Positions 22,305 through 33,778 are shown, counted from the first letter of the stretch. The stretch: DNA of 64,000 nucleotides from an uncultured cyanobacterium (GCA_963744145.1 CAVUSO010000001.1:384001-448000), one strand, 5' to 3'. Numbers and translations: made by a program. The notes: generated by a model not told the origin, from the sequence alone.

Positions 22305-23270
22305 ATGAACATTTTAATAGTTCGAGCCCATCACGAACCTAAAAGCTTTTCCAACGCTTTAGCCGACCAAGCTGCCAAAACGCTCAGTGAACTCGGAAAT
22401 AGCGTCGTCTTATCGGATCTTTACGCCTCGGATTTTGACCCAGTATCCGATCGCCGCAATTTTAGCAGTATCAAAAACCCCGATTATCTGAAGCAACAAG
22501 TTGAAGAAGCTTATGCCAGTGAAGTTGACGGGTTTGCTAGTAATTTGGAGTCTGAGATAAAAAAGCTCGAAGCAGCTGAACTGCTTATTTTTTCTTTTCC
22601 GCTGTGGTGGTTTGGTATGCCAGGGATTCTTAAGGGTTGGATTGATCGAGTTTTTGCTTCGGGGCGAATTTACGGCGGTGATCAGATTTATGAAAACGGA
22701 CTTGGCCAATCACGGAAACGAGGACTAATCTTGATGACCACAGGAGGTGGGCCAGATGTCTATAGTGGTTACGGAGTCAATCCATCAATGGCCACTATCC
22801 TAGCCCCGATCCAGCACGGCATCTATTGGTTCAATGGTTTTCTGCCGTTGGAGCCCTTTATCGCGTGGAGCCCAGCTCGCATCTCGCCTGAAGAGCGCAA
22901 GGCATATCTGGATCAGCTAGATCATCGACTGCGTAATCTCGACAGTGAAAAGGTTCAAGTCTTGCCGCCAATAAGCGATTTTCCCAACTGGGGTAAAGAC
23001 ACAAAAAAACGCTTCATGGTCACCGCCTCAAGGCTTAAAGTGGCCGATGAAACCTATCAGCAACTCGTACCAGAGGAAGTCAAACAGATCGCAGAACTTA
23101 AACGACAGGGAGTCCTGCTTAGCTCGTATATCGGCAGTCCGTCTGATCTAAGCTGGCATGCTTTTCTTGTCTTTCGCGAAACCTCATCAGAGGCTGTACA
23201 CCATCATTTACAAAGGCTGCCTCTTGCCCCTTACCTTAGTTTTGAAGTCACAGAGTTGCTACAAATGTGA
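22305..23270 (+). CDS. NAD(P)H:quinone oxidoreductase (flavodoxin-2) with a C-terminal muconolactone-isomerase-like domain
   Basis: AHHEPKSFS, SDLY, FPLWWFGMPGILKGWIDRVF; extra ~90 aa ending LQRLPLAPYLSFEVTEL. Confidence 0.8.
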   Translation: MNILIVRAHHEPKSFSNALADQAAKTLSELGNSVVLSDLYASDFDPVSDRRNFSSIKNPDYLKQQVEEAYASEVDGFASNLESEIKKLEAAELLIFSFPLWWFGMPGILKGWIDRVFASGRIYGGDQIYENGLGQSRKRGLILMTTGGGPDVYSGYGVNPSMATILAPIQHGIYWFNGFLPLEPFIAWSPARISPEERKAYLDQLDHRLRNLDSEKVQVLPPISDFPNWGKDTKKRFMVTASRLKVADETYQQLVPEEVKQIAELKRQGVLLSSYIGSPSDLSWHAFLVFRETSSEAVHHHLQRLPLAPYLSFEVTELLQM

Positions 23271-23433
23271 ATCATGCGTAAAAAACTATGCAAGAAAAAC
23301 TGTAGAAGAATAGATAGCATTAAAAGGGACAATTCATAAATTGCTTTGAGGATGTTTGCAATTCACAAATTGCCCCGATGATTCGATCCCACAAGATTTT
23401 TGCCTACACCTTTACATGGTTTCCACAAAAATC

Positions 23434-25309
23434 CTAAGCAGGATAAATTCGCAAACGTCGGTTAGGTTCTTCACCAAAACTGCTAGATTTGAGCCGATAA
23501 TGTTCAACCAGTTCATGCTGCATTTTGCGGACTTTAGCAGAACGCGGTAATAACTCCACTGGTTGACCTTTGGGAATCACAATTTGCTCAACTGCCAGTC
23601 TAGCTTCTTCCAGAGCTTCGATTTCATCTTCACTATCACCTTGAGTAAACAAACGCAAATCAGCGACATCAGGATTACTCGGATCATCCATATCCAAAAG
23701 ACGACGTAAAGCACGAGTGATTTGGGGAATGGTGCTAGCTTTCACTGTATGGATTGGGACATGACGAGCTTTCGCGATCGGTCTCAGTTTAGAGTGAGTT
23801 TTGACGTGCGATCGCAAAGCCAGAACCGCGTCAGCACTATCCATATCTTTAGTCAAAACTACGGGCAAATTTAAGACCCGAATTACCTGCTCTAACTGAT
23901 GACGACTCACTGCGTATGGATAAATATGTAATGGCCAATCTTCTCCATTTGGGCCAATAATCCGTTCCACCTGCTCTTCATGATGATTGAATCGGTTCCC
24001 GAGTGGCACTGGGTCAGACATGGACTCATCTAACAGTTGCTCAAAATATTTCTCTTCCGCTAAGGATTCTGGTTCCTTTGCGGTTGGTATGGGCATCATC
24101 TGTCCCGAAGCCCGCCAACCTGTCACCCGTGGGACAGTATCAAAGGGTTCTGAACGGTTATATCCCCTTGAATTAGAAGTAAAAGGATTCTGTTGAATTG
24201 GTGCGGGTGTTTCTGGGAATACATTAGGTAACTCGTGAGTAATCAGAACTTCCCCAGTCTCACTAACTGTTCTCACCTGTGGATTAGGTTGACGTCCGCG
24301 CAGTAAGATATCAACGGTTTCCGATACCTGTTGATGAATTACCCAGCGCTGTCTTTCCAGCATTTCCACTGCAATATCAAAAGTAGGTGGAGCTTTGCGT
24401 TCCAAGACGGTTTTCTGAGAACCGCGACGACGTGCTTCATCATCTCCGAGGGTGACGGCTTGAATCCCACCGACTAAATCTGATAAGGTTGGATTTTTAA
24501 TCAGATTTTCAATGCGATTACCGTGGGCTGTACCCACTAATTGCACACCTCGTTCCGCAATAGTACGAGCAGCTAAAGCTTCTAGTTCAGTGCCAATTTC
24601 ATCGATTACAATCACCTCGGGCATATGATTTTCCACAGCTTCAATCATGACTTGATGCTGGAGTTCAGGACTAGCAACTTGCATCCGACGAGCGCGACCA
24701 ATGGCTGGATGAGGAATATCACCATCACCAGCAATTTCATTGGATGTATCGATAATGACTACTCTTTTGTTGAGTTCATCTGCCAAAACCCTAGCAATTT
24801 CCCGTAGTGCTGTCGTTTTGCCCACACCAGGACGCCCTAGCATTAAAATTGACCCTCCTGTTTCCACTAGGTCACGAATCATGCCGATCGTCCCGAATAT
24901 AGCTCGTCCCACCCGACAGGTTAAGCCAATAATTTCGCCAGTGCGATTGCGGATGGCACTGATTCGGTGTAAGGTTTGTTCAATTCCAGCACGATTATCA
25001 CCGCTAAAGTGGCCAATTCGCTGGATACAATGATTGAGATGATCTCGTGAAACTACTGTTTCGGACAGGTACTCTGCTTTTGATGGAAATCGACCTTCTG
25101 GACAACGTTCCGAGATCCATAACGACCTCAATCAGACTTTCCCGTTCCTGATGTTGCTCAAGTTGTTCTCGAATTTCTGCCGGCAAAATATCTAGTAATT
25201 TATTGAGATCGTCTGTAATCTGCATGCTTTCTACAGTGACTTGATCGATTAAAACCGGAGCTTGAGAATGGGGTTGTTCAAAAATTGGCACAGTCTTGAA
25301 ATGAACCAT
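23434..25309 (-). CDS. Ycf45-like AAA (SpoIIIAA-type) + R3H protein, split by a one-base insertion near 25108
   Basis: GRPGVGKT, IDTSNEIAGDG, VIVIDEIG, R3H tail VRKMQHELVEHY; EVVMDLG joins RCPEGRF if one A is removed. Confidence 0.85.
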
Positions 25310-25381
25310 TTCTATGATTCGGGTAGATTTTATGGGAGAAAGTTAGTTCTATGGTTAGCTAATCGGATAGCGTTTTGATGC

Positions 25382-26533
25382 TCAATTGGAAATTGCTGTA
25401 ATCACCTCCTTGACTGGTAACGAAGTGCTTGATTTTAGTTGTCTGACCAGGGTATGGGCTATATGGACGGCTGGCCATAGTAGATCAGGCATACTTTCTA
25501 AATTTGTGATCGTAGATGTATGCTTGAGTTGATTTTGATCTATATAAATAGTGTCTAGTTGTTCTAGCATTGGTGAGAGCAGCACCCGAGCATAGCTACC
25601 ATAAGCAATCCCAGCTATAGATGGAGTTGGTTGAATAATTCCCCGATCTTTGATTAAGCTAATTTGCTTGAGCTTATCAACTGTATGGCTGTTGGTGCCA
25701 CCAGCTAATTGAATATATCCAGGTAATTTAGCCGCTAAAACTTTTTCAGCTAATTTGACCGCAGCATGGGTAGTCCCATCACCAATATCTCCACTCATTG
25801 GTCGCCCGTCGGTTTGCCAAATCAGGGGACAGGGGAGTGGAGAAATAGTGGCTAAGATCGACCAAAGGTAATCAATCAGATTTTCATGATCAGGAAAACT
25901 AATAGAGATGAGTTTGAGTTGGTGACTCCAAGGTGCGATCGCTTCCCATAAACGCTGAAAATCGGTTAAATGTCCGACTTGGGTATGAATTTCGATCGCT
26001 TGGATATTATTTCCTAAAATTAAAGGTGCGATCGCTGGTGGGGTAGTGACATAGGAACGGGTGTATATTTGTTGAATGGGGCATAGCGTTAAACAACGTC
26101 CACAGCCATAGCAGCGCTGATCGATTACCCCAGAAAATCCTGTTTGATCATCTGAAAAAGCGATCGCATCAGCGGGACAAATTTTTTGGCAAGGACGGGC
26201 ACAATCAGCGGGACAAAGCGCGGGATTAAATTCGGCTTTCCGAAAATGTGCATCTTCCCCATCGTTAAAGCTGACCATTAGCCAAGGTAAACTCTGAAAG
26301 CCAAACCCTCGCTGTTTTGCTTCTTTGCCTAACAGACTAGCAGCACGGATACCTTCTTGTGCAGCAGCAATGACTACCGGATCAGCAGCAATGTCAATAC
26401 AATCGGCCCCTGCTAAAGTGTACACCAAGGTAAGATTGCGAACAGCAGGCAGATGTTGAAAACTGGCTCCACAAATTAGCTTGAACCAGTGGCCGTTGTT
26501 GAGTGAATGTAATGGATGGAGTAGATCAGTCAC
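25382..26533 (-). CDS. ldpA: Circadian input iron-sulfur protein LdpA
   Basis: WFKLICGASFQHLP, CPADCARPCQKICP, CYGCGRCLTLCP, WQTDGRPMSGDIG. Confidence 0.9.
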   Translation of the reverse strand: MTDLLHPLHSLNNGHWFKLICGASFQHLPAVRNLTLVYTLAGADCIDIAADPVVIAAAQEGIRAASLLGKEAKQRGFGFQSLPWLMVSFNDGEDAHFRKAEFNPALCPADCARPCQKICPADAIAFSDDQTGFSGVIDQRCYGCGRCLTLCPIQQIYTRSYVTTPPAIAPLILGNNIQAIEIHTQVGHLTDFQRLWEAIAPWSHQLKLISISFPDHENLIDYLWSILATISPLPCPLIWQTDGRPMSGDIGDGTTHAAVKLAEKVLAAKLPGYIQLAGGTNSHTVDKLKQISLIKDRGIIQPTPSIAGIAYGSYARVLLSPMLEQLDTIYIDQNQLKHTSTITNLESMPDLLWPAVHIAHTLVRQLKSSTSLPVKEVITAISN

Positions 26534-26626
26534 ATTTCTATGCTAATACGCGACTGACACAATTGCGACATTTAGTTACAAATTTTTAGTAAATTGCTTT
26601 TTTTTCATGTCCCAGTATAGCCGATC

Positions 26627-27325
26627 TTAGCTGTTTTTGAGCTGATTACTTAATTTTTCCACGAAAGCAATATATTCCGGAGATTGCAAACCTGTTTGTA
26701 AAATTGTCAATACCTGCGACATTTTCCCTGCTAATAACTCATTAACTGCTAACCACAATCCCGGAAAAACCTGACTTCGCAAAATTCCATCAGCATCTGG
26801 TATTAAGTCGAGATATTCACCTGTTTCTAGATAAAACCAGCTTAATTTTTGATCAAGAACTTGCCAGACAATATATTCTTTCACTCCATTCCGACGATAA
26901 GCTTGTTTTTTAGCATGGAGATCGATCGCAATACTACTAGCGGCAATTTCCACGATTAATTCTGGTGCTCCTTCGATATAATCATCATCGCTTAATTTAG
27001 TTTGACCACCCGCTTCCTGCTCAATCAGGAGAACTAGATCAGGTTGAGGTTGATTATCTAAATCTAGCCGTACCGTAGGTTCAACTCCTGAAACAACACC
27101 AGGTGTTACAATTGTATAATTGAACAACCAACAGGTCAGCGCAGCATGGGGTTGACTGTGACTGTGAAAACGTAGTGCAGCACCCATATAAACAATTCCT
27201 TCGATTAATTCAGCTTTTGGCAAATTCGACATCACGTTATAGCGACGTTCAAATTCATAACGGGTTAGCTTGTCACCGTTGGTGAGAAAGGGAATTTCTC
27301 TGTGTTTAGTGAATGGGTTCAACAT
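26627..27325 (-). CDS. Uma2 family (DUF820) endonuclease-fold protein
   Basis: KAELIEGIVYM, QPD, GAPELIVEIAASS, GVKEYIVW. Confidence 0.9.
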   Translation of the reverse strand: MLNPFTKHREIPFLTNGDKLTRYEFERRYNVMSNLPKAELIEGIVYMGAALRFHSHSQPHAALTCWLFNYTIVTPGVVSGVEPTVRLDLDNQPQPDLVLLIEQEAGGQTKLSDDDYIEGAPELIVEIAASSIAIDLHAKKQAYRRNGVKEYIVWQVLDQKLSWFYLETGEYLDLIPDADGILRSQVFPGLWLAVNELLAGKMSQVLTILQTGLQSPEYIAFVEKLSNQLKNS

Positions 27326-27407
27326 GACTATATGTTATTGGATATTTTAGATGCGATCGCCCCGGATGATCTCTTCCAATTAGCAATTAATACTGAATAA
27401 TTATCTG

Positions 27408-27854
27408 CTAGTTATTATTAAAGATTGCACATTGAGCATTGCCACAATTGTTTAATTCAGTTGTCCGTTTTTTATTCATTTCTATTTTACAATAGTGAAT
27501 AGCTGTAGCCTTCGTTATTCCAGGAACACTACGAGAATGTTCAGCTTCAAATTCACATTGTTTATTTCTATTTTTAATCCAATTTCGCTGGGATTCAGCT
27601 AGTAATTGTCTTTGGTTACTGTCTAATTGAGTAGCAAGTATATGATAAACTCCATTCATTTGAATTTCCGTTGCTTTTTGATTAGATGCTGTACAGCGTT
27701 CTAGTTGGGAATTATTGGTATAATTGCTACAATCTCTTTCAGATAGAGCAATTTTAATAATTTCTTTTTGACTCGATCTCGATTCAGCATGAGTCCATAA
27801 ATTCGGAAAAAGTGTTAAGATGATGGTGAAACTGAAAAATAATTTTGTGTTCAT
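27408..27854 (-). CDS. LprI/DUF1311 lysozyme-inhibitor family secreted protein
   Basis: Signal peptide; LAESQRNWIKNRNKQCEFE; conserved Cys pattern. Confidence 0.75.
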   Translation of the reverse strand: MNTKLFFSFTIILTLFPNLWTHAESRSSQKEIIKIALSERDCSNYTNNSQLERCTASNQKATEIQMNGVYHILATQLDSNQRQLLAESQRNWIKNRNKQCEFEAEHSRSVPGITKATAIHYCKIEMNKKRTTELNNCGNAQCAIFNNN

Positions 27855-27925
27855 TTATTTATCCTCTAAAAATAGGGTTTTATCAGTCTCATGGCTCGAT
27901 TTATCCAAATATACCACCCAACAGG

Positions 27926-29839
27926 TTAAGATGCAATCTCAGCTAATTCTAACCAACGTTCCGTAGCAACATCGATCGCTTTGGTTAAAGTTTCCACTTG
28001 TTCATGGAGCTGTTGAACTTGAGAAATTGCTCCTGGTGCAGCATTATAAAGAGCTTTTTCCAGCTCCGCTTTTTCAGATTCTAGTTGAGCTATTTTACTT
28101 TCTAGCATCTCAAATTCCCGTTTTTCTTTCGAGGAAAGCTTACGTGGTTTATTTGGATCTGCTGATTTCCAAGATTTTGGTTGGGCTGATTTATTTTTTT
28201 CTTGGGAAACAATATTTTGCTCGGTTTCTTCAGCTTGTTTATAGTCTAGATAAATTGAGTAATTCCCTGGATATTGACGCAGATTACCATCGGATTCGAG
28301 GGCAAAAATTTTATCTACTGTTCGATCTAGAAAATAGCGATCGTGCGATACAGCAATCACACAACCATTAAAATCTTCTAGATAATCTTCTAATACAGCT
28401 AAAGTTTGGACATCTAAATCATTAGTTGGTTCGTCTAAAATTAACACATTAGGGGAACCCATCAAAATTCGCAACAAAAATAAGCGTCGTTTTTCACCTC
28501 CGGAAAGTTTATGAATTGGTGCATATTGCTGATTTCCCGGAAATAAAAATCTCTCTAACATTTGGGAAGCTGTAATTTGAGTACCATCAGCAATTTTGAT
28601 TAACTCTCCTTCTTCTTTAATATAGTCAATCACACGCTGATTTTCATTTAAAGCAGCTAATAATTCTTCTGAATGTTGGTCAAAATAACCAATGTGAATA
28701 GTTGTCCCAAGTTCTACTGTACCCGCATCTGGTTGGATACGTCCGGTAATAATATCCATTAGGGTAGATTTACCCGTACCATTACCACCAATAATTCCGA
28801 TCCGATCTTCCGGACTGAATTCATAAGTGAAGTTTTTGATTAAAAGGCGATCGCCATAACTTTTACAAATATTATTTAAGTCAATTACTTTTTTGCCAAT
28901 CCGACGACCAGGAGTAGCAATATCAACTTTACCTTGAACCTGTTTAAATTCCTTTACCTGCATATCTTGAATGCGCTGAATCCGGGCTTTTTGTTTAGTG
29001 CTGCGAGCTTTTGGTCCCCGTTTCAACCATTCTAATTCACGACGCAATACTCCTTGATGTTTCCGTTGAGAACTCACCGCTGATTCTTCAGCTAAAGCCT
29101 TTTTTTCCAAATAATAAGAATAGTTACCAGTATAAGTATATAAATCTCCCCGATCGATTTCTAAAATCCGATTAGTAACGCGATCGAGAAAATAGCGATC
29201 GTGAGTAATCAACAGAATCGCACCTCGATAACGATTGAGATAACTCTGTAACCATTCAACGGATAAAGCATCTAAATGGTTAGTTGGTTCATCCATTAAC
29301 AACACATCTGGTTCTGCTAACAATGCTGCTGCTAATGCAATTCTTTTCCGATAACCACCAGATAGAGTACCAATCCGAGCTTGAAAATCGGCAATTCCCA
29401 ATTTAGTAAGAATAATTTTAGCATTAGTTTCTAGTTCCCAAGCCCCAGTGCTATCCATTTGTTGCATCACACTAGATAGTCTAGCCATAATTTGACTATC
29501 CCCCTGAGCATGGGCAATTTTATCCGAGAGTAATTCATATTCACGTACCAAAGCTAAATGTTCACCACTATCAGCAAATACTTGCTCTAATACAGTGTGA
29601 TTTTCATCTAGATCTGGCTGTTGGGGCAAATATACTATTTTTGCTCCCGAGTTAATCAAAATTTGACCACTATCAATTGGCTCTAATCCAGCAATCATTT
29701 TTAACAGGGTAGATTTTCCTGAGCCATTAGTCCCAATTAGTCCCACTTTATCAGTAGGATCTAAGCTAAAATTAGCATCTTTGAGAATTTCTTTAATCCC
29801 AAAGTCTTTTTTGACCGATTGTAGTGTAAAAATACTCAT
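27926..29839 (-). CDS. ABC-F family ATPase (Uup-like)
   Basis: Two ABC cassettes (GTNGSGKS, GGNGTGKS, LSGG, DEPTN), no TM segments, C-terminal coiled coil. Confidence 0.92.
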   Translation of the reverse strand: MSIFTLQSVKKDFGIKEILKDANFSLDPTDKVGLIGTNGSGKSTLLKMIAGLEPIDSGQILINSGAKIVYLPQQPDLDENHTVLEQVFADSGEHLALVREYELLSDKIAHAQGDSQIMARLSSVMQQMDSTGAWELETNAKIILTKLGIADFQARIGTLSGGYRKRIALAAALLAEPDVLLMDEPTNHLDALSVEWLQSYLNRYRGAILLITHDRYFLDRVTNRILEIDRGDLYTYTGNYSYYLEKKALAEESAVSSQRKHQGVLRRELEWLKRGPKARSTKQKARIQRIQDMQVKEFKQVQGKVDIATPGRRIGKKVIDLNNICKSYGDRLLIKNFTYEFSPEDRIGIIGGNGTGKSTLMDIITGRIQPDAGTVELGTTIHIGYFDQHSEELLAALNENQRVIDYIKEEGELIKIADGTQITASQMLERFLFPGNQQYAPIHKLSGGEKRRLFLLRILMGSPNVLILDEPTNDLDVQTLAVLEDYLEDFNGCVIAVSHDRYFLDRTVDKIFALESDGNLRQYPGNYSIYLDYKQAEETEQNIVSQEKNKSAQPKSWKSADPNKPRKLSSKEKREFEMLESKIAQLESEKAELEKALYNAAPGAISQVQQLHEQVETLTKAIDVATERWLELAEIAS

Positions 29840-30049
29840 TTAATTTCTAGATCTTACAAAGTATTATTTTTAGCACTTTAGATCGTTTTTATCAATTTTG
29901 ACCAGATATTCATATCGGTTGGAAGTCAAGGGTTTTTGACCCCTACAGTGATTCAACCCTAATGCAAAGGCTACAAAAAGTCGCTTCGACTGACCCTCAG
30001 AAGAAGGCTGCGCTTTTGTGTGAGACATGATAGAATGATGAATGAGTAA

Positions 30050-31198
30050 TACCAATTCTCTAAATACCGACTACAGATAGTGCCTCTAATATATAGGCTC
30101 GTCCCGTAATTGAGGCAATTACTTTTGAATTCATCTTTTCTAGTTCTTTACTAATTAAAAGTCTTAATTCATCTAAGTTTCTTGGTAATTCCCATCTCAA
30201 TCCCTTTTTGAGATACTGCCATACCTGTTCGATTGGATTTGATTCAGGACAATGGGATGGTTGAAACATTAAAATAACGTTTTTAGGAATTACCAACTTT
30301 TTAGCTTTATGAAAACCACCATTGTCTAACTGAATGATCAAAATACTATCCGAAAAATGCGCGGCTACTAAGTCTAAAAATATCTGAAAGCATTGACTAT
30401 TGAGATGAGTAAACTCGTAAAAGAAATGTTCCCCTGTCTTTGGCTCTACTACGCCATAAATATAAGTCGCTTGAAATTTCCACTGCACTTTACCAATTGG
30501 TTTTACCCCACGAATGGTAATTTTTCTCCCACTAATCGTTTTCATGCCGATCCGCGTTTCATCTTGACATAAAAATCTGACTTTATCTCCTAAACTCATT
30601 ACTGTTATGGCAAACCAACTCAGCATAGCTAGGTCCTCTGCCAAGTGATTTCTAAAATTATCTAACTTTTTTTTTGACTGTTCTGTACTTTTCGGCCTGG
30701 CGATTTTTGGTGAGGCTTTTAGTTTATAATGCACTAATTGATGAACGGTTTTATATTTAGCTTCTATCCCAAGGGTGGATGATAGCCATTGACAAATTTC
30801 CCCATAACTATTAAATCCTTCCTCTTCATTTAGTCGTTTTTCTAAACTTTTTACCGCCCAGTCAGGAATTTTTCTCGGTCGGTCCTGTACCCACTTTTTT
30901 CCCCAGATATTTGGCCAATCCTCCTTGACGGTATTTGGCTAACCAATCTTGAACGGTAACTCGATTTCTGCCCAAGATTTCAGCAACTTCTGTGACTGTT
31001 TTAGCTTTGTTTATCTTGAGTAGATATAATGCTTGTAATCGTTCTTTTCCTGGACCAGTTTTTTCCACTGCGAGCAATTTCTTCAGCTCGGCTTCACTTT
31101 CCTTAATGTCTAGGTGATAAACTCCTGCCATATTTTTCCTTCAACTCTACTCAAATTATACTCTACACTATCTGTAGTCAAAGTTGCAAGAATTGGTA
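30050..31198 (-). mobile_element. IS630-family insertion sequence with TAA target duplication
   Basis: Imperfect TIRs TACCAATTCT...GACTACAGATAG at both ends; TAA at 30047-49 and 31199-201. Confidence 0.9.
30060..31131 (-). CDS. IS630 transposase (HTH + DDE), split by a one-base insertion near 30883
   Basis: QDETRIG, LDNGGFH, PESNPIEQVW; GTG joins RPRKIPDW if one C is removed. Confidence 0.88.
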
Positions 31199-31214
31199 TA
31201 AAGAGGTAAGGGTC

Positions 31215-31799
31215 ATGGCTACAGCAACAAAAGAGAAAACCCAATCGAGAAAAGCATTTACAGTAGAGGAGTTTTATCGACTGGGTGAAATTGGAATACT
31301 CAAAGCAGATGAGCGAGTAGAGTTAATCGAAGGGGATATTATCGAAATGGCTGCGATCGGGACTCGTCATGCAGGTTGTGTTAATTCTTTAATAGAGGTT
31401 TTTGCCGAACTAATTTTCAAAAAATCTGCTTTGTTGCTAGTCCAAAATCCGATTCAGTTAAGTAATTATTCACAGCCTCAACCAGATATCGCAGTAGTTA
31501 GACGAGATCCTCTTTTCCGTGGAACCAAACACCCCCAACCCCAAGAGATATTTCTAGTTATTGAAGTTTCCGATACTACCCTAAAAGACGATCAAAAAAA
31601 AGCATTAATTTATGCTAAATCTGGTATCTCCGAATATTGGATCGTGAATTTAGATGCTCAATTAATCGAAGTTTATCGTCATCCTACTGTTGATGGTTAT
31701 CGCGATCGCCTATTATTCAAATCGGCGGAAACTATTTCACCTTTAGCTTTTCCTGATTTAGTTATTGCGGTTGATGATATTTTGCCTAAAATCCTTTAA
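31215..31799 (+). CDS. Uma2 family protein (array copy A)
   Basis: [33 protein letters not shown]. Confidence 0.92.
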   Translation: MATATKEKTQSRKAFTVEEFYRLGEIGILKADERVELIEGDIIEMAAIGTRHAGCVNSLIEVFAELIFKKSALLLVQNPIQLSNYSQPQPDIAVVRRDPLFRGTKHPQPQEIFLVIEVSDTTLKDDQKKALIYAKSGISEYWIVNLDAQLIEVYRHPTVDGYRDRLLFKSAETISPLAFPDLVIAVDDILPKIL

Positions 31800-32147
31800 T
31801 CGCGATCGCCATCAGTTAATTTTAATCCCTAGACTATTGAGCCTGGAAATCTTCTCGTTATACAGTCTATTCCAGGTTTATGAAGTTCATCAAGGTGATC
31901 TGTGGGGCAGGGCGGGTTCATTAAGGTTATTTGTGTGTGGCAAATTCAACGGTGAACCCGCCCCTACAGAGATTCACCAAAAAATCGATCAGGATTAGAG
32001 GATGACAAGATTAACAGGATTTGTAGGGGCAGGTGAATGAATTTATGATCACAATCAACCGGGATTTGTAGGGGCAGGTTCACCAATCAATTATGCTCCA
32101 AACAGATAACTATCATAAACCTGCCCAACCAACACAGATCAATTACA
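31797..32147. repeat. Duplicated Uma2 trailer containing gtaggggc REP-like repeats, copy 1
   Basis: Near-identical to 35270-35716. Confidence 0.9.
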
Positions 32148-32467
32148 AGCGACTTTAACTGATCGCCATTCATGCAAAATCTTACTGTACTTCATCAACC
32201 TAGAATCCGCTGTATTACTGACGGAATTGCTCTCTTTAGGATTAGTGTCTCTAAATCCAGATTTTTGACTGATTTTATGTATATTTTGATACAAATTCCC
32301 GAAATCTTTCCCGAAAAAGCTAATGTCCCATCAAATTTTGGGAGTTTCGACCCAGGGATTCCCTCTCCTTTTCAGGTCGCTGGCAGGTAATGAAATGCTG
32401 CAAACCCCATTCCCACGTCATCCAATTTTTCAGAAAAATATTGTTGATCTTTTAGAAAAGCTATATG

Positions 32468-33778
32468 TTAGAGTCTAGAGAAGAGAAAAGATATTCCTTC
32501 CACCCCAATATCCCTTTTAAATCCCCCACCATCACCACCACCACCACCAACACCCCCAACTCCTACTGGGAGGTGTCCCACCGGAGCTGAGATATTAAAA
32601 GTGAGGTCAGAGTAGCTCAACCAGTTTCCTCCTTTTCTCCAGACAACTTCATCTGCTAGTTTAACATAAGTATCGAAATCATAACTATCTAGCTTACCAC
32701 CCAATTTGAGCCAGATCTTCTTCTGGACTGAAAACCCAAATTTGTCATTAGAATACTTTAACCACAACTGGTCAATGATCCGCAGTTCATTTTTCGGAAA
32801 ATTACGACAGTTATCTTCTGTTAAGTATCCCTGTTTTTCCCTATTCATAATTTTTAACATGACTCGACCAGTTTCTTGATCTGCTTCTTGCCATTTTTTA
32901 TCTGATAATAATTGATCTAGTTTCCTCAAATCACCTCTAGCAGTCACTAATTGCCCAGGTCCAGGAATATTTGGTGCAGATATCAATAAATCTAACCATT
33001 TTTGCATATTCTGAGGACGATTTACCGCATCAATCTCCATTCCTTTTAAAATTGCTGTTCTGAGGCGATCGCTAACACCTTCAGGAGAGAACAAATCGTG
33101 ATTTTCCAGTTTACGTTTTAATGAAGAAGTCGGTAATTGACCAGTCACTATAAAATAAAGAGAAGCAGCTAGAGTATAAACATCAACCCTCACATCACGA
33201 CTACCTTGAATATACTGTTCCCAAGGAGCAAAAGCTGGATTAGCTGGATGTTTAGAACTCATTACCGTGGGAATAATTTCCCCAGCAATCCCAAAGTCAA
33301 TTAAAACCGCCCGATTTTTATCGACAATAATATTCCCAGGGTGAGCATCCCGATGAACAATACCCTCTTGATGTACTATTACTAAAGCCTCGCCAATTTG
33401 ACGAATATAACTCACCGCAACCGATTCTGATAAAGCCCCGTTTTGTTGAACCAATTCCCATAAACTTTTCCCAAGAACCAAATCCATCACCAAACAAGGT
33501 GTATTTTCTTCATAAAACAAATCACTGACTCGGACAATATTTGGATGGGATTTCTGGGAAATTTTTGCGAGAATTTGCCCCTCTTGCTGAAAACGTTTGA
33601 CAAATTTGGGATAATCCGGATCAGCCTGTAAACCAGCATTGGGTGTTTTCAGAACTACAGAATGGTTAAGATGGAGGTGTTTAGCTTTGTAGGTAATCCC
33701 AAAACCCCCTTGTCCAAGAATCTGCTCAATCTGAAAAGGTCTATTTGTGAGTTTTTGTCCCGGTTGCCAAAACACCAT
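32468..33778 (-). CDS. Ser/Thr protein kinase with C-terminal GUN4 domain
   Basis: LGQGGFGITY, VVLK, HRDAHPGN, IDFG; GUN4 motifs WQEADQET, IDQLWLKYSNDKFGFSVQKKIW, GHLP. Confidence 0.92.
   Translation of the reverse strand: MVFWQPGQKLTNRPFQIEQILGQGGFGITYKAKHLHLNHSVVLKTPNAGLQADPDYPKFVKRFQQEGQILAKISQKSHPNIVRVSDLFYEENTPCLVMDLVLGKSLWELVQQNGALSESVAVSYIRQIGEALVIVHQEGIVHRDAHPGNIIVDKNRAVLIDFGIAGEIIPTVMSSKHPANPAFAPWEQYIQGSRDVRVDVYTLAASLYFIVTGQLPTSSLKRKLENHDLFSPEGVSDRLRTAILKGMEIDAVNRPQNMQKWLDLLISAPNIPGPGQLVTARGDLRKLDQLLSDKKWQEADQETGRVMLKIMNREKQGYLTEDNCRNFPKNELRIIDQLWLKYSNDKFGFSVQKKIWLKLGGKLDSYDFDTYVKLADEVVWRKGGNWLSYSDLTFNISAPVGHLPVGVGGVGGGGGDGGGFKRDIGVEGISFLFSRL

Noticed and set aside
32150..32460. Sequence downstream of the GUN4 kinase as a DGR template or accessory gene
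   Set aside because: No similarity to the GUN4 tail; only a short piece is shared with about 35745-35792 and no product is recognisable
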